A DNA stretch of 64,000 nt from an uncultured Verrucomicrobiae bacterium (lineage in GTDB: Bacteria; Verrucomicrobiota; Verrucomicrobiia; Limisphaerales; Palsa-1400), in the NCBI GenBank assembly GCA_963764165.1, contig CAVXRD010000002.1, positions 864,001-928,000 of the forward strand, read 5' to 3'. The position numbers and the translations under genes were made by a program. Below the pieces are notes generated by a model, which was not told the origin of the DNA, ran no database searches, and saw nothing but the letters and a program-made list of their open reading frames with translations. Shown in pieces: positions 59,681 to 64,000 of this stretch (its first letter is position 1; every line of letters begins with the position of its first letter).

Positions 59681-60943
59681 TTACGCGATCAGGGCGCGCC
59701 GAATCATGTCCAAAGCTTGCTGTGTCGTGACGTTTTTGAATGTTTCGCGGTCGAACGGGTTGAATTGGCGCTGCGCTTCACTCCCCTTTTCGCTCGCAAT
59801 GGCCAGGAAAACGGTACCAACTGGTTTTGACTCGGTGCCGCCATCCGGCCCGGCAATGCCTGTTATGGCAATTCCAAAATCTGCGACGGAATTTTTTCGC
59901 GCGCCTTCGGCCATTTGACGGGCGACGGTTTCGCTGACGGCGCCATGTTCCTCCAGACTGAAACGGCTGACGCCAAGCATTTGTTCTTTGGCTTCATTGC
60001 TGTAGGTGACAAAGCCGCATTTCAAGACGCTTGATGCTCCAGGGATATTCGTAATTCGGTGCGCGAGGAACCCCCCTGTGCAGGATTCAGCCGGGGCGAC
60101 GGTTTTGCCTGCAGCTTTCAGCAAATTCACGACGACGGACTCAAGAGTCTCATCGCCAACGGCGTAAATTGAATTTCCCAGGATGCGCCGCGCAATATGC
60201 TCAGATTGCTGGACGATGTTGACCGCCTGTTCGCCCCGGGCGGCGAGGCGAATTTCCACTTCGCCGATCCGCGCACAATAGCCCAAGTCCAAACCAGCGT
60301 TGACGAATTCCTCCAATGGACCCGAAATCGCCTGCTCAACGGCGGATTCCCGCAATCCCGTCGTCCGCAATATCAGGCACACGGACACTTCGGGCAGCGG
60401 CATCTCCTGATTTAGCAGTGGAACAACACATTCCGCGAACATTGGACGAAGTTCCCGAGGAGGTCCGGGCAGCAAAATCAGCCACGAGGCTTTTCCGTCG
60501 GCACGAAGTTTGTTTGGACTCACATGAATCGCAAGGCCTGGCGCTGTCCCATTGGAATTTGTCAAAACCCGTGCGCCCACGGGAATCATTGCCTGAACTT
60601 TCATGCTTTCGAGCAATTTTCCTTTGCGACGGGCAACGAAGTGTTCCAAACGCTCCAAAGTTTCTGGATGGAGAATCAGTTTCCGGTCGAGAAGCTGCGC
60701 AATTAACGTGCGGGTGATGTCATCGGAAGTCGGCCCCAGCCCGCCAGTGGCAATTACAAGATCGGCACGGGAAAGTGACTCCGCGACGGTGGATTGGATT
60801 TCGCGGGCTTGGTCGGCGATGGCGATTTGCCTTTTCACTTCGTAACCGAGATCGGTAAGCTGCCGACAAAGCCACTGCTGATGGGTGTTGAGAACCCGGC
60901 CGATCATCAACTCGCTGCCCGTATTGACAATTTCAATATGCAT
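59681..60943 (-). CDS. cinA: Competence/damage-inducible protein A (MoCF-like domain plus NMN deamidase)
   Basis: GSELMIG..NT, TGGLGPTSDD, GTAPG, AESCTGG, GIAGPDGG. Confidence 0.95.
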   Translation of the reverse strand: MHIEIVNTGSELMIGRVLNTHQQWLCRQLTDLGYEVKRQIAIADQAREIQSTVAESLSRADLVIATGGLGPTSDDITRTLIAQLLDRKLILHPETLERLEHFVARRKGKLLESMKVQAMIPVGARVLTNSNGTAPGLAIHVSPNKLRADGKASWLILLPGPPRELRPMFAECVVPLLNQEMPLPEVSVCLILRTTGLRESAVEQAISGPLEEFVNAGLDLGYCARIGEVEIRLAARGEQAVNIVQQSEHIARRILGNSIYAVGDETLESVVVNLLKAAGKTVAPAESCTGGFLAHRITNIPGASSVLKCGFVTYSNEAKEQMLGVSRFSLEEHGAVSETVARQMAEGARKNSVADFGIAITGIAGPDGGTESKPVGTVFLAIASEKGSEAQRQFNPFDRETFKNVTTQQALDMIRRALIA

Positions 60944-60965
60944 CGGGTGGAAATATAGGGCTGAA

Positions 60966-61008
60966 AAACAAAAAAAGCCGAAACAATAAAGATTTTGTTT
61001 CGGCTTTA
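60966..61008 (-). terminator. rRNA operon terminator
   Basis: AAAGCCGAAACAA/TTGTTTCGGCTTT stem followed by a T-run on the minus strand. Confidence 0.8.
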
Positions 61009-61015
61009 ATTAAAG

Positions 61016-61131
61016 ATCTGGCGGCGTCCTACTCTCGCAGAAGCTATACAACTACTACCATCGGCAAGACTGTGTTTGACGGCCGTGTTCGGGATGGGAA
61101 CGGGTCGGACCACAGCTTCATAGCCACCAAA
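61016..61131 (-). rRNA. rrf: 5S rRNA
   Basis: Reverse complement contains CCGTTCCCATCCCGAACACGG, GCCGATGGTAGT and GAGAGTAGGACGCCGCCAG. Confidence 0.95.
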
Positions 61132-61249
61132 AAATTGTCAAAAGATCGTGCTGGAAACGATTCCAGGAATATTCACTGAAAACTACACACAGAACAAAGG
61201 ACACAGCAATCCAATTCGCGAGTTGAAATCACTTATTCTCCGAAGAGAA

Positions 61250-64000
<2,751 letters not shown>

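Overview
GC-rich bacterial chromosome segment. Gene content (secreted proteins sharing a C-terminal STxL..W..[FY][FY]R domain, a Ser/Thr kinase with an ECF sigma, PQQ-like propellers) suggests Verrucomicrobiota; this is inference. (1) 1-~15,100 is a decaying integrative/mobilisable element: a tyrosine integrase fused to a PEGA/TPR protein, two DUF3800 genes, ardC, radC, a methylase remnant, primase, replication-relaxation protein, a coupling-protein-like ATPase, an attC-like site with a Pro-Ile-Lys micropeptide, and an ~800-nt densely self-complementary, apparently bistable intergenic region. (2) ~15,700-35,800 holds secreted/surface proteins and ECF signalling genes. (3) ~35,900-41,100 is a second mosaic island: truncated doc, a putative nuclease with a convergent structured small RNA, an HTH rep-like gene with iterons divergent from a coiled-coil gene carrying a 12x10-bp repeat array, truncated brxA, a tRNA-Gly att remnant, hicBA pseudogenes and vapBC. 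(4) ~41,100-61,000 is housekeeping DNA (ptsI, tmk, cysS, murA, GH42, cinA) with an IS1182 inserted in a REP hairpin loop. (5) The window ends in 5S rRNA and a partial 23S rRNA on the minus strand. The most notable pattern is that two unrelated putative nuclease genes each face a promoter / structured small RNA / terminator unit at their 3' end (candidate RNA-antitoxin systems). Single-base frameshifts in tmk and a GH13 gene suggest assembly indel errors, so indel-based pseudogene calls are tentative. No CRISPR array was seen. All family assignments are from motif recognition by eye, not database searches.
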